Positions 1 through 14,978 of a stretch of 64,000 nt of DNA are shown here, piece after piece (within the stretch, counting starts at the first letter, position 1; every line of letters begins with the position of its first letter). Both the position numbers and the translations under genes were made by a program. The stretch is from Octopus vulgaris. Lineage: Eukaryota. The stretch spans positions 90,210,001-90,274,000 of the forward strand of contig OX597815.1 of assembly GCA_951406725.2 (NCBI GenBank). The letters are read 5' to 3'. Under the pieces are notes generated by a model that did no database searches, was not told where the DNA came from, and worked only from the letters and a program-made list of their open reading frames with translations.

Positions 1-2038
1 TGAATATGAATTAATAAACAAATTCTGACTAAAGGTTGATGTGTCCATAAATCTGTTGAGACCCCTGTCTATAAATGTGTCTGTTCTAGAGCCTTTCTTT
101 GCAGTTTCGCTAACTGCTGGAAATGTCTTTTTAAGCTTAAATCTGGTTTGCCTTCATTAAGATATTTCATTTACAAAATGTGATGTCATATGTAGGATAC
201 CTAATGTTAAGAATAGCAACAATTGTTAAATTTCTTTTCCTTAGGTGACGCGCAAATAAACGCCAAGGCAAATGAATAGAAAAACGTCGTTCTCATAATT
301 AAATAGTTAATACAATTCCTGAGTTATAATTAATATGGTGTTAATTTTCAATTAGAAAATAATACATATGAACACCTAGTAAATAATGTATGGACACATA
401 CTGCGATAATGAATAAACAACATTGACCCCTAGAAATTTTAATTAAATAAATTCGAACAATTATTCGTATTGTATTGTTATTGAAGTATATAAGTTTATT
501 GTTAATATGAAAAGATATTTTCCTGTTAATGTCAAATATATAGCTATATTAGAGCTTTTTTATTTTGTAAAATTGTATTTGTAATTGCAATGTTTGTTTC
601 AATATAACTAATTTGGAAATTATTTTATACATATCAAAAATATTAAATTTAAATTGCTTTGATTCTAATACATAATTGCTATTTAGATGTGCAAAACATA
701 AAAAGAAATAAATTAAAGGAAAACATATAAAAGGTAAAGTAAAAACCAAATGAGAGAATTGGAAAATGAGAACAGAGGATTCAACAACTCAATTAATTAT
801 CTTATTCATTGGTTTTATGGATATTTAATTAAAACCGGAGTTTTTTATTGCACCACTAAACAGCATGAAACAAATACACAGTTCCCGCACAGAATAGAGA
901 GCAGTAATTAATTTAGATTGTATCACGATGATGAAGCCTAATAACACTTTCTGAAGTCTATTTGAGAATTCCCTAAATAAGTATTTGTAAACATGATGCA
1001 GATAGTGAAAATTTATGTGTGAGACAGTCGCAGTACATCGTTAATTGTCTGTTGTCGGCTATGACAATGGTTCGTATTCTGTCAACTGATGATGCCTCGA
1101 TTGCTCAAGATGCATAGTGTGATAATATTGCTGCTGTAACATGAAAAAACACTGCACACTTAGAGGTTTCGTTGACTTCTGTCACTTTATTCCTTTGTTA
1201 GCTTAGCAATATATTCAACCTATGACCAATGTGGGCAGTTCTTGACTAGTAGTTCATTTTATTGGCTTCAGATTTAAGGACCGGGTTTGTTGATTAGATA
1301 AATATGTAGCCCATATGTGGTCCTATATATTTTATTGACTTAAAGGGATAAAAATTACAATTGTCCTCGGTGCGATTTGAAACCAAAATGCAGTACCAAA
1401 AGAAATACGTCGAGCGAAAGATTCTCCAAAAGTACCGCCCTAAAATTAAATCTCTTAACAAGTACAGGCCAGAAATTTGGTGGAAGGACTTAGTAAACAG
1501 GATGGAAGCTTGTAATGTTCTATACTTCTTTTTGTGTTAATAAAAATAAGTATTAGTCAAGTATTTAGGTCGATGTCATTGACTAACACTCTGACAAACT
1601 TCATAACCAAATGAGGCGGTCTGACGCCCGTTATTATCTCATACTAACACTGTGGTTGTAAATTATTACACTCTCTCTTAATTTCATTTTTTGTTAATCC
1701 TTGATTCTTACCCAAGTTAATCAACAACAAAACGTGTCTATCCTAAAGTTCTGCTGGTCAGTTCGCCTGCCTATATTTATTTTTATTATCCCTCTCTTTA
1801 CCCCTAAATGAATCAGCATCATATGATATCAACTTTGGTACTGCTAATTATTTTTAAAAAGATGAAACAAAATTCTGCTGTTTTCGTTATTACTGCAATT
1901 CCAACTACTACAGCTGTTTTTACCATTCCTATTTCTACAACAGCCATTAGAGCAGTGTTGCTGCCTCCAATTTTTTTGATACTGATGCTGATACTGATTT
2001 GAAGTTAATGTCGCTGCTGCTGTTCTTGTTGTTGCTGG

Positions 2039-2040
<2 letters not shown>

Positions 2041-2096
<56 letters not shown>
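2041..2096. repeat. (CTA)n microsatellite
   Basis: Direct trinucleotide tract; source of the poly-Ser/poly-Thr ORFs nearby. Confidence 0.95.
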
Positions 2097-2149
2097 GTTA
2101 CGAGTTTTACTAATGATGATGTTGATGATGAGGATAAGAGAGAGTTGAA

Positions 2150-3941
2150 ATTTATAGAAAGGCAAGGATGATAACAGGTGTGGAAACAACAGCCATGCCT
2201 ATTAGTTTCACACTCGAGAAAAATGGAAAAGTTTTTTACGTTTCGAGCCTAAGCTCTTCGACAGAAAGGAATAAGCGGAAATAAACAGAGAGAGAATGTA
2301 TCTGTGTGTGATACTGTTAGTAAATAGTGTGCTTAGTGTATGTATGTGGGCGAAAGGTATCTTTGTATATGTGTATTGAGTGTGTTTATGGGTGTTGCGT
2401 GTGTGTGTATGTGTGCATGTGTATATAATTCTGTGTTCAGGTATTATGTGCTTTTGTCGATGTGGGAGTGTGTATGATGGTGTGCTGTGTGGATGCTGAG
2501 AAGTGTGTATGGTGTGCGAAGGTGTTGTGTAATGGTATGTGAAGTGAGTGATGAGTTGAATATTGTGGGTGGGAGTGTTTATAGCGGTGGGTGTGGGTGA
2601 GTATGCCGAGTTGAGCTGTATGCATGTGTGTACGGGATTGTGGGAGGTGAGGGATTATTGTTAAATGAAGAGAGGAGTTGACGTTGGTGTCACATGAAAA
2701 GTGGAGGTGAGTTGAGCCCAAGTGGTGCAAAGGAACGAAGTGAGAAGTTTAAATCCTGTTCACGGTGAACGTTGGGGTCCCAGTGGCCCTTGTGAAGAAA
2801 CAGTCCGAACTCAAACAGATGTAGCGAATGAGCGGTAGAGCGGAAATAGCTCGAGACCAGAGTGTCATTGCCGAGTCTGATGTCCCGGAGTTGCTCCGCG
2901 AACCGGTCGGCCAAGAAGCGGCCCTTCTGATCAATCTGCAGGGAAGGACACAGGGGATGCAGTAAAGTACATTACTAGAGGTGCAGGTAAAGGAGTCGGT
3001 GAGGTGATAGGGACGAGTCGGTGACGTGATGGGTACCCGTCATGATGGTTGTGTTGGAGAGGTAGGGGCGGGTGCGAAAGCGTGGGCGGGAACAGGGGTA
3101 GGAACCAGGCTAGGAGGTTGGGGTAGGGAAGAAACTGTGGAACAGGAGGCTCGTAGAATGATGCGTTGGGGTAGGGTAGAGGCGTGGTAGGTGAAGGGTA
3201 ACGGGAGATGAGTAAGTGTGGGGCAGATATGAGAAGAAAGAGCAGAGACACGGTCGACAGATACTGGCCGGGCAAGAACAGTAGAGATAATGATAAGGAC
3301 AATGGGGATATCCACGTACGATTAATTGGAAAGCCATGAGTTGAGACTGAGTCACAAAGTCATGGTCGTCACTGCAGAGCCTGAGTATACAGAGCAGTTG
3401 GGAGTAGGGGATGGAGTGCTTGGTCTAGGAGGAAACGTTAGGCCGGATGTAAGTCAGTGTGTTTGTACTGGACGGAGGTAGCGAGAGCGGAGTGGTGGAT
3501 GCTGCCAGAAATGTTAAAAAATTCGACGAAAGACTTAGAGATAGTGCAGGAGAATTCGAGGCAGGATGGAAGGATTGGACAAAGGAGAGGAATGGATCCA
3601 CTTGTTCATGGGGACGTGGTATCGCGCCGATACTGTCATCGATATAACGACCGTATAGCTCGGGAGTGAGACCAATGAATTGGTAGAATATTTGGGCCAC
3701 AACGTAGCCAATGAATACGTTCACATAGATGGTCCCATTCACGTTCCCATTGCCACACACGAGAACTGTTGGTAAAACTGTCCCGTGAATGAGAAGCAAT
3801 TGAGGGAGTGAACAAATTCGGCCAGACGAAGAAGTCCGGAGGTGTCAAGGTGAAAATCAGGCCGGAGATCTAGAAAGTGTTTAAGCGCAAGAAGTCCTTC
3901 TTTGTGTGGCATCACCGTATATAAAATGTTGATATCAAGGG

Positions 3942-3942
<1 letters not shown>
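2150..3942 (-). mobile_element. Penelope-like retroelement, 5'-truncated and decayed (RT + GIY-YIG endonuclease + 3' UTR)
   Basis: Minus-strand frames give DINILYTVMPH, FYQQFSCVAMGT, ELYGRYIDD (PLE RT motifs) and LADRFAEQLRDIR...REQDLNFSLRSFAPLGLN (PLE GIY-YIG C-terminus). Frameshifted; 5' side ends in a (TA)n tract. Confidence 0.9.
2233..2268 (-). ncRNA. Minimal type I hammerhead-like motif with variant core, in Penelope 3' end
   Basis: Minus strand reads cttt-CTGTCGA-A-GAGC-ttag-GCTC-GAA-ACGT-A-aaaa; same architecture as 21717-21752. Confidence 0.5.
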
Positions 3943-4009
<67 letters not shown>

Positions 4010-4928
4010 GTGATAAAGAAGAGGAGAGTGATATTATGCACATTCGAAAACTTTGAATTAAAAGAACAAAATTTTTCTACACCATATACATACCTTAACA
4101 ATGGCCAAGCGTACCACGTAGAACACCAATGCTCGTTTCCATCTTGATGGTAGCCTTAACCGGTAGATAAAGAATTATTATTCACCAATGCGGTGTTGAA
4201 CACTCATTCTCAGTGTTCAATATTAACATATATGTATATGAGTATGTATGCATTTATACGTATTTATATGTCAGTATACATATGCGTATGAGAACACAGG
4301 CATGAATATATATATATATATATATATATAATAGCATAGCGGTAATTTGTATGGTATCGCTGAACTTTCCTTCATGAGTTTCTCTTCACAGGGGTTTCTG
4401 GATGCTCTATTATAATTTTATTATTTCTTTATATTTCGTACTTTCTTGTACATATGAATACGACTTTCTATGCAGCTTGTTACTGTTTCCTTTTATAATT
4501 TTATGTTTTCTTTGAAAATTATAGATATATGGCTGTGTTCATTGAATTTCTTTACTCTTTACCTGCTGTTTTATCGATGTTTTGTATCAGGGTTTTTATT
4601 GCAGCTTCAGAGAGAGTGCATCGTTTTGACGATATCATTTATACATTTTAAAGGCTATTCGCTGAGTTTTCCAACCTTGCTTTAGCAAGACCATCCACTG
4701 TTCAATATATCTAATTTGAACGACAAGCTACAGAAATGTATAGAAAGAATATATTGTCTATTGCTCGTAGATTGCCAAGATATTTCTTTATTTTTCCTGA
4801 ATTTCACGATATCTCTTGTTGAGAAGATGAAGAGATTTGAATATCCAGCACCATGATTATTTACAATATTTTTGAAAGGATTGTGAACTCGTCGCGAAAG
4901 ACTTTCATGTACATGCAAACACACATAA

Positions 4929-4970
<42 letters not shown>

Positions 4971-5005
4971 GAGTGTGTGTGTGTATGTCTCTCTCTCTCT
5001 CTCTC

Positions 5006-5048
<43 letters not shown>

Positions 5049-5227
5049 TATATAAATAAGGATAAGATCATTATTTAAATATAGAACTTATCAAGTGGCC
5101 AGCATGGGAATAAAACTCTTCAAATGTAATAATCATTATTAAAAATATAATTTAGGGTATCTAAGAGATAGCATCACGCTGGAAATAGCAGCCAAAACTT
5201 GACTCTAAAACCACATTAATTTTAATT

Positions 5228-5315
<88 letters not shown>

Positions 5316-5354
5316 AGGCGTGTGGCTTAGTGCTTGGGCACGTGGCTTAGTGGT

Positions 5355-7019
5355 ATTTCATTGCCAACTTAGCAACATGCACATGGAAGGATACTTCATT
5401 ACTCAAGTAAATGCCTAGGTGTTGCATTGACTGTGTCTCTGGCATTGCAGTCCCTCCAGGTCCAGTGTATTTCATTGATATTGTATCTAGTTTTGAAAAG
5501 TGATAGGATAGGGTTTCAAACTTTTCAGCATTAAATTGCATGTAATTCTTCTTAACCCACTTGTATATTTCGCATAACTCACGTTACAAGTGTATAGCAT
5601 CTTCAGCGCTCTGTATCACCTGTGAGACTTTTCTATCATCTACATAACTTGTGATCGTGGCTCTCTGTGTAGCTGAGGGTATATCTAAGAGGGTCATTAG
5701 GAACAGTAGTGGTCGAAAAAAAGTGCCTTGCGGAACACCACCCACTGTTTGCACGTCATTGGAGACGGCCTCATTGGATGCAACTGCTTATTCTCCCAAT
5801 GTCCTGATTGTACCGAGATCACGCAGTTTGTGACATATCTTTCCATGATCGACTTTGCTGAGTCGAGATATATCCCGTCCACATTTGAGTGCTAGGATAG
5901 CTGTTTCAACACACAGTTATAGTATTATAAGAGCTGAGTCAGGCAGCTTCTTCCTGGTCGGAAATCATGTTGGGTGTCAATCAGCAAATCATTTTCCTCA
6001 AGGAAGGTGATTAAATTTCTTCTGAATATTCGGTCCATGACTTTTCGTTCCATGACTCGCTGATGTACGGGGTCAAAGAGATAGGACTGTAATTTTTGGC
6101 CTCTGCTCTGCTACCCCATTTATAGATGGGGCAACTTTTCCCTTCTTTTAGCTTCCTTAGAAGTGTGCCATTTGCAAGGATGCTCTGGAAGGGAGACTGC
6201 AGTGGTCTTGCTTGGACTCACTTACATGATTTTAGAAAGATTGCTGGGAATCCATCAGGGCCAGTAGCTGAGTTCGGGTTCATATCATCTATAGCCCTTA
6301 TTAGAGTGTCTTCTTTTATAGTGATGTAATCAATCACCACTGCCTCTGTTTTTATACTTGCAGTGGCGAAAATGTCAGCTGAATTGCTGACTTGAAAGTG
6401 TTCCTCGGGGGGAGTGAAAACAAATTTAAATTGCTCATTTTGTTTTTGACTTATCCTCACTGAGTTGTTTGTGAGCGAACCATCTTTTTCGAGGCGTGGC
6501 CCGATCCTGCGATGCACCGAGGGTGTTTATTTGGCAAAATTGTAGAAGGCTCAGGGGTTGGATTTTATATTGTCTATAGCCCAGGCGTCTTTGTCTGCTC
6601 TTTAGTTTTCATGGGAGAGTTGCAGGTTTTTTTCAGATTCCAGCAGTTGTATATTCAGACGAGATCCCTCAATTTCTTCTTTAGACAATTTGAGATTATT
6701 GTATGCCGTCTCATATGAACTTTCCTCTCCCTGGGGATTTTGTTCTCATGTACAGTGACCTTTCTCTGAGGGACATATTTGTAGCATGTGGCTTGCATTA
6801 CAGACATGAATTGTTAAAGTTTCATGTCGATGTTTGGCGAGGAGAGATATTTAGGCCGGTTTTGTTTGAGGATGTCATTCGCAAATTGTTTCCAGTTTAC
6901 CTTATAGAATTTCACACTGGAAGGATGTTGGGAGTTTCTTGTCGGCTGCATATCCATGGTTTCCTTTGGTCCATGCATGATCAGCTGTCTCATATCGTGA
7001 TTCGAGAGTAGAGTCAGTG

Positions 7020-7020
<1 letters not shown>
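5355..7020 (-). mobile_element. CR1/L2-group LINE fragment (RT domain), decayed
   Basis: Motifs SATGPDGFPAIFLK, YSPISLT, DGIYLD, GVPQGT..PLLF, SYVDD and MQFNAEKF appear in order on the minus strand, with stops and frameshifts. Confidence 0.9.
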
Positions 7021-7054
<34 letters not shown>

Positions 7055-7057
<3 letters not shown>

Positions 7058-7437
7058 TAAGTAGCTTGCTTACCAACCACATGGTTCCGGGTTCAATCCC
7101 ACTGCGTGACACCTTGGGCAAGTGTCTTCTACTATAGCCCCAGGCTGACCAAAACCTTGTGAGTGGATTTGGTAGACGGAAATTGAAAGACACCCGTCGT
7201 ATATATGTATGTGTGTATATGTATGTGCGTCTGTGATTGACCCCCAACATCGCTTGACAACTGATTCTGGTGCGTTTACGTTCCCGTAACCTAGCGGTTC
7301 GGCAAAAGAGACCGAAAGAATAAGTACTAGACTTACAAAGAATAAGTGCCGGGGTCGATTTGCTCGACTAAAGTCGGTGCTCCAGCATGGGCGCAGTCAA
7401 ATGAGTGAAACAGGCAAAAGAGAAAGAGTAAAAGAGA
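7055..7437 (+). mobile_element. tRNA-derived SINE (family A, CORE-like ccttgggcaagt segment)
   Basis: B-box ggttcaatccc, then caccttgggcaagtgtc, internal (TG)n and an A-rich tail. Homologous copies at 59060-59430 and 63958-64000. Confidence 0.85.
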
Positions 7438-7443
7438 AATATA

Positions 7444-8684
7444 CAGACATGAAGAAAGTAAATAGACACCTTTAATTTTTAAACTTTCTGATTTAAGCAT
7501 TTTAATATGTTTTCAGCGGTGTAGAATTTACAATGTAATTATTCTTTTTCATTCCAGGTGCGATTATATTAAAAAATTGTGAAGAGTAACTATGCCAGGC
7601 ACAAAAAATCAGCAAAACTGTCAGATTTTCAAAGACGTCGTATTGTTGAGCCATCTGAGGCTGTCTTACCCAGCGAAAAATTGCCGAAAATCTTCAAGTT
7701 CCTTTTGAAACTATTAATAGAATTATTGTGCAATTCAAAAGCCAAGGAAAAGAATTAACAGATTCTCATCCCGGCCGACCTGGGCCCTCCGAAAGGAAAC
7801 TTCGCCGTTTGAAGAGAATTGTGGAAAACGAACCCCATTCGAAGGTTTCTGACATTGCAAAAGGGCTAGAAGTCACTCCAAGAACATGTGTTACATATCT
7901 GCATAACCTTGGGATGAGTAAATTGAAGGAAACTTCTTCAAACAATAATATTATGAAAAGAAAGAGGTGGGCTAAGGAGATGTCAGAAAAATCCAATTCA
8001 TTTTGGGATAGAGTGATTTTATGAGTTAAATCCAGATTTACATTATTTTCAGACAGTGGATATGTTTGGGTCTGGAGGTTTCCCAATCAAGAATTTGACT
8101 TGAAACGGCTCCACCCAACTATGAAACATGGCGGTTTCTCTGTAATTGTATAGGTAGCTGTCACCAGCAATAGTCGTTCTGAGCTGATCGAATGTGTTGG
8201 ACCCATAAACTCTGAGAATATATCGAAATACTTAAGCAAGGACTACTTCCGATGTATTCACACGATAACATAACAAAAAATGAATTTTTATTCATGGAAG
8301 ATGGGGCTCCATACCACACAGCGAAAAGGAATCAACAATGGCTGACTGAAAATGGGATCAAAATGCTTCCTTGGCCGAGCCAATCTCCTGACATGAACCC
8401 AATTGAAAATCTGTAGAGCATACTAGATAGAGCTATACAAAAATCTCGACGGCAACCTAAATCTAAAAATGAATTGTTTCGATTGTTGTATTAAACGTGG
8501 GTAGTAATTCCACAAGAGACAATCACAAAGCTCATCAAAAAGGCTCTGAATTAAAAACAGCAAAGGAAATATCAAGTAAATACTAAAGTATGTAGTTCTA
8601 CCTATCGATTACATTTCAATTGTTCGTTTTGCATATTAAATAAAAGGTTTTGAAAATTAAAGGTGTCTATTTACCTCATGCGTG

Positions 8685-8688
<4 letters not shown>
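7444..8688 (+). mobile_element. Full-length Tc1-family DNA transposon, decayed
   Basis: Imperfect TIRs (CAGACAtgaagaaaGTAAATAGACACCTTTAATTTT and the reverse complement at 8654-8688) flanked by TA; contains a transposase pseudogene. Confidence 0.95.
7592..8586 (+). pseudogene. Tc1 DD34E transposase pseudogene
   Basis: [32 protein letters not shown] and WPSQSPDMNPIENL motifs, with several stops and frameshifts. Confidence 0.92.
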
Positions 8689-8772
<84 letters not shown>

Positions 8773-9606
8773 TGTGTGCGTGTGTCTGTGTATAAAATAA
8801 TATATGTATATATATTATACATTTGTGTGTATGGATATATATGTGTGTGTGTGTGTGTGTGTGTCGCTGTGTCTATCTGTATGTGTGTGTGCGTGTGTGT
8901 GTTTGTGTGAGTGTGCGTGTGTGTGTGTGTGTACATATATGTATCATGTAACTATCAATAAAAACTCTCCTCTGGTAGACAAGAGCGAAGGAATTATTTT
9001 ATGAGGACTATCCAAACCATAAAATGTTAGTATGTATAAGAGGTGAATGTATCTATTTAACGTGTTATCCTTTGGATGAAGGCCGTGCCAGAGCTGAAAT
9101 CTTCATTGATTTGCTAAACCTCATATCAAAGAGTTTCTAGCAGTGGCTATCCTATAATTCTTCCCGACGTTGTGCATACAAAATTATACTCTCCGATGCA
9201 ATACATTATTCCGTGTGTAAGACAGAAGACCGCACTGTAAACAAGATCTGGCTGCTATTTCTGCCTAGTCTTTTATTTACTACAGAGGAATTAACGTTGG
9301 ATACTTACTTCCAAATGATAGAACATTAGACATATTACTTTTGCAGCATGGAACACTGCCAAAAGTTTTCACGATACGTTGTTTCACATACCTTGCTAAT
9401 GATTATTGATTTCTAATTGAAGTAACTAATTTAGATAGATAGTGTGTGAGTAGATTAAATAACTTAACAGACTTTAATTTCGTTCATCTACATTGTAAAC
9501 CGAAACCTGATACAATTTAATTGTTCACCTTATTTGAGACGATGAGAATAATTATAATTACCAGTAATGAACGGTGGTCAGTTCAATATCTAAATACTTT
9601 GCCTTC

Positions 9607-9643
<37 letters not shown>

Positions 9644-9712
9644 CATACACACATACATATGTATATACATATATATATTATATATATATACATACATACA
9701 CACATACATGTG

Positions 9713-9752
<40 letters not shown>

Positions 9753-9761
9753 CACACATAC

Positions 9762-9820
<59 letters not shown>

Positions 9821-10699
9821 GTTCTAACATTACAGATTGTTATTAAGACGGTTTAGTCATAGACTAATCCTTCAATTGATTTGCAAGTCATAATGCTTAT
9901 AGTTATTTCCGTAAACACTATTATTTATAGTTTGATAAAGCTTTTTCTCAAAGTCTTTAAAGGTAAAGGGTAATGTTTCTTAAATTATGTCTTAAGAAGG
10001 TTCGACTAATATGATTCAGTTATATCACAATAGTCTCTCCTTTAATATTTCCGTCTTGTTATTATGCATGTTATGTTAGGTCGGAACGTATTAAAGTATG
10101 GGAAGAAAAGGAGATATAATGCAGCTTTCGATAAAATAACAGCTCTCTCAACATACTACTGCTCACTTGACTTTTCTTCCGATCTTTATCTTCGTGTAAG
10201 GTAGCACAAAGTAAAAACAATTTATAGCTTAGTATGAAAATATAACTATCAGGTATATTTGCGCTGAGAAATGGAGAATATTCTGCAAAGTTCCCAGTAG
10301 TCAGAATAATTACGCAACAATTAATTCCGTATTGCAGTAATGAAGCTCGCTTCGCACGTCATAGTTTCTACAACAGCCATTGTATGCTTTTTACCTATCT
10401 TTATTATATACTCCAGTTCATTCTAATCCATTAAACATATCGCTAAAAACAGTTGTCCAACATTTTCCCCTGAAATATTGTACTCCAAACTTAAACTATT
10501 CAATTAATTTTTTTAAAGGCCGTTGGGTGATATTCGGGAGGGATTTGATTGTTGTTTGTAACAAGAGAGTCAAATCTGTTTTCTGACGACATGAATGTTT
10601 TGTATGTATAAGAAAGTATCATCATTACTCGCACTAAAGCCACATCATCTGAAATCTGTAAATTTTCTACATTTCGGTATCGGTGCAAAATGTTGGATT

Positions 10700-11100
10700 C
10701 AAATATTGGCAAAAGACCGCATCAATGAAAATTATTGGTTTAAATTTAGTCCCAAAACCAATAAGTTCGGAGGAAGGTTTAGTGGATTACATCGACCCCA
10801 CAGCTCTGTGAAAGGGTCGAAAGGAACTTGTACTCAGAGCGTAAAGCTGAACGAAATGGCCGCTTAGCATTTTGCTTGGCGTGTTAACTTTTCTTCAAGC
10901 TCGCTTCCTTATTGGTGACAAATATTGGTCTCAAATATTGGTACAAGGCCAGCGCGTTTGAAGGAGGAGATAAGTCGATCACATCTATCTCAGTTTTCAA
11001 CTGGTACTTATTTTATCGACACTGAAAAGGATGGAAAGCAAAGTCAACCTGGCGGAATTTGAACTTAGAACTTAGGTGAAACGCGGCCAAACATTTCGAT
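10700..11100 (-). mobile_element. Two decayed tandem copies of SINE family B
   Basis: Matches to ggtacttattttatcgac...aaaggatg.aagcaaagtc..cct.gcggaatttgaact, shared with better-preserved copies. Confidence 0.75.
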
Positions 11101-11821
11101 CAGTGAAAAATATTAACATCAGGATATCAGTCGGTAATAACACTGGCGTTGCTTTGATAGAATCACACATTTCATTTACTTATAGAAGTCAACGTATTAT
11201 ATATTTGACCATAGCAGAGACCAGCTAGAAACGAACTCGGTGACAAAGACATTGATGCCAGCCACCATTCGAATGACAGAACTGATTACTTACAATTACT
11301 TCGGATATTAAGTCTGTTGATACATGACACAAGTACATGCGTATTAAATAAATAAATAGTTTTTTTATTTTAGTTTTTATCTTTGTAGTCCAATTTTTTT
11401 TACTCTTTTAAAGATTTTAGGTTATCATTATATTCACGTGTTCTATGGATTGGCATTATTTCTATATAATTCGTTCTTTGAAATATTAGCTGCAAAGTGT
11501 AAGGGGACGTTTAACAACAAAATAAAATTAGAATCTTTTATCGAAACGTGTAATATTAATTCTTCACAGATATATAGGAACAAATTTTGTTCTTCAACCT
11601 TTTAATTCAAACTTTGGTTTACAACATAGGAAATTTATGTATTTATCTTTAAGATGTTGATGGTATACTTTAATTTAAGAGCTTTTAAAAGAGATTGTAA
11701 TTTAAGAACTTTTAGAAAATATTTTTAAGAGTAAAACACTTCTTTTGTGGGGTTAGGAATATAATTATATAAGGTATTCGAAAGTAAGTATTATTAAATA
11801 TATTATTATTTATACATATAT

Positions 11822-11877
<56 letters not shown>

Positions 11878-14387
11878 GCACTATCGGCCACATGCGTATT
11901 ATTGTTATAAATATATACTCTACATACATTATATATATATACATATACACATATTCACGCACAGACACATTCGTACATACACATATACATACATTTGTGT
12001 GTGTGTGTTTGTGTTTGTGTGTATATATGTAAGCACCATCTTTTCCAAACTCAGTAAATTTACGTACAGCATTTAGTGATTTTTCAGAGGGAAGTTACAT
12101 TGTAGCAATGAAATAATGGGATAATACACACAACACAAACACAAATATAATACTATAAAATTCTATATGATTGTGTGGTAGATATTTTTTTGTCTATAAA
12201 CAAAGCCACATGAAAAATTAAAATCAAAGCTCCGTGCATGGCGGCAGGTTTTGTCTGGAGCACAGAAAATTACAGTTGTCAGTCAATCCATTCCTTATAT
12301 ATATATATATATTTGTTTAATGCTATCACTTTTGGTTCTGAATTTATAGGATCTTATTCTAGTTCATCACGTTTCAAATTTTGCAGAAGTTCACTAATTA
12401 CCCATAATCACAAAGCCTATAATCACAAACAATGTGTAGAGCAATTTCCTTTTGAAAAATGTTTATAATACTTTTGTTTTACATGGCGTTTATCGAATAT
12501 GCCCAACTATAATGTACAGATATTTCAGTAAGTCGTTTTCTCTTTTTTTGCTATTAAAGATTGTATGCATATCCACAACTTAAAATATTACTAATTTACT
12601 TCAAATGAATATCATTACTTTATACCCTTAATTATTTGTTTAACTAATAGACAATTAATGAGTTTATAATGGAGTATCTTTCCCTTATTATTTTCTCTTC
12701 ATCTTTCTACTTGAAATTAGTAATTATTTATTATTTATATTCTTTCATTTAAGAATAAAAATGTTCATTATCCTCATAAGGCTAATAATATCAATTATTG
12801 TGAGCATATCTACACGATGTTTAGATTTATGATTAAATTATATTTGTATAGAAACAAAGTATTTGGTTGAAAATTGGTAAACTTGACGAACGAAATTTAA
12901 GAATATTGGCATAATATTGATTAAAATATTTGTCATTCTCAATGTTGATGTCTTGAAAAGACATGTTTTCTGGTTTAAGCGGGCCACTGATCTACAAGAT
13001 ACATTTCTTCCTCTACATTGTTATATACTTCTGAATATGTTTCTGGCAATATAAATATGTTTCTCTAATAACTGGAAAATATGATTAAATAGTTCACCTA
13101 TTTTCTGCTCGACACAATTCAGGTACTTATATATTTACGTCGTTTTTAGTTTATAATTAGTTCCAAATATAGAAGAATGTGTGAGGCTATTAAATAGTTA
13201 TAGTTTGTGCAGTAAACAGATCAATAATTGGCACCAGACGAAAGAATTTTATACATGCCTACAACAGACACACACACACTCACATTTATATATATTTTCA
13301 TATGTATATGATTATTTCAGTGTTGATCTCTGCTAATCTTCTAATGTACTGCTTATTTGCGTATTTCCCAGTTAGATATTTTAATTTATTATTAACTGTT
13401 GAGAAAATATACATTTGGCTCGTTCTAAGTGCCTTAATCTGGGTGTCACTGGAACTGAGAATATAGCAGATTTTAGATATTTCAAAATGATTAAAATCTA
13501 GAATAATTGATTTTTGTATAATATATCTCGAGATGAAAGATTCATCTATGTTCTGTTGTCCTGAATAAATACCGATCGTAATGGTCGACAATTATATTAA
13601 TCTATTATAGTATATTCTACCCTCTTAAAATGGAGTCGATGAATACCGTATTAATCACTTCGCAATTTCCATGACCTATAAATATTTGTGCCAAACGTTG
13701 TCATTGGACGTTACAGCAGCAGAACGGGGCGCCACTGCAATGTGCCAAAAGTCCCAACATTGCCACCAGGATACAAGAAAAGATACTGCAACAGCTTGGG
13801 CTTCAAGTACCTACACCTCTTCAATATCCTCACAAAACGTCTGTGAGAGCGCGTGTGCAGTTAGAAGAAATGTAGCATGGCTACAGCGCACGAATTGAAA
13901 CTAGTAAAAGAATAAAGAGAATATACACCTACAGAGTAAATCTGCGTACATATGCATACAGATGGATGCTCGAAGTCTGCAAACCAGTGTGCTTACCACC
14001 GGCCAGTATGTACACGCAACCGTATTATCTGCAGGCTTTTAAGCATTCATGTATATGCTAATGTATGTTGATTTCCTCTCTAAATATATGTACATTTATT
14101 TAAGAATTTCTATATGAGGTTGTGCGAATTTCTTTATGCCTACAGCTTGGAGTTGCTATGCATAGACATGTTTATCTGCACCTCTATTTTTCTGTATTAT
14201 ATATCTATATCTAGCCATGCATCTGTGTGCTTGTATATTTATATTTTTCACACATACACATATAACGCGTACACACACTCGCATACTCACACACTCACAT
14301 TCACATACATACATCTATAATTCCATATACATATATGCATGTCAATATTCACATACGCTCAATACCGGCATCATAATATGTATGTAT

Positions 14388-14555
14388 ATCGTTTCGTCTG
14401 TCTTTATGTTCTGAGTTCAAACTCCACCTAGGTCGACTTTGTATTTCATCCTTTCGGGGTCGATAAAATAAGTACCAGTTTCGTACTGAAGTCGATCTAT
14501 TCGACTGGTCCTTCTCCCAAAATTTCGGGCCTTATGCCTAGAGTAGAAAAGAATA
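14388..14555 (+). mobile_element. SINE family B (tRNA head, Meta-domain-like core, short tail), 5' part missing
   Basis: B-box gagttcaaactcc, core ttcatcctttcggggtcgataaaataagtaccag resembling the MetaSINE domain as I recall it, tail gggccttatgcctagagtagaaaaga. Confidence 0.85.
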
Positions 14556-14697
14556 TGTATATATCGTATAAATGCATAAGTGCACATATATGCATGTACA
14601 AATTGAAAAGCACTTGTGTCATACTGTTGCGCATGCATTGTATGCGTGCGGATAAGCGTTCGTAACGCAATATACCATAACTATAAATACGTATATC

Positions 14698-14978
<281 letters not shown>

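Noticed and set aside
1085-1125. CTGATGA motif (hammerhead or C box)
   Set aside because: No GAAA, no suitably placed D box, no terminal stem.
4330-4910. Possible MULE transposase C-terminal remnant on the minus strand
   Set aside because: Only a vague motif (GYSNLFIF) and no TIRs found.
7055-7110. tRNA gene-like B boxes here and in other SINE heads
   Set aside because: They continue into SINE bodies and do not fold into a complete cloverleaf.
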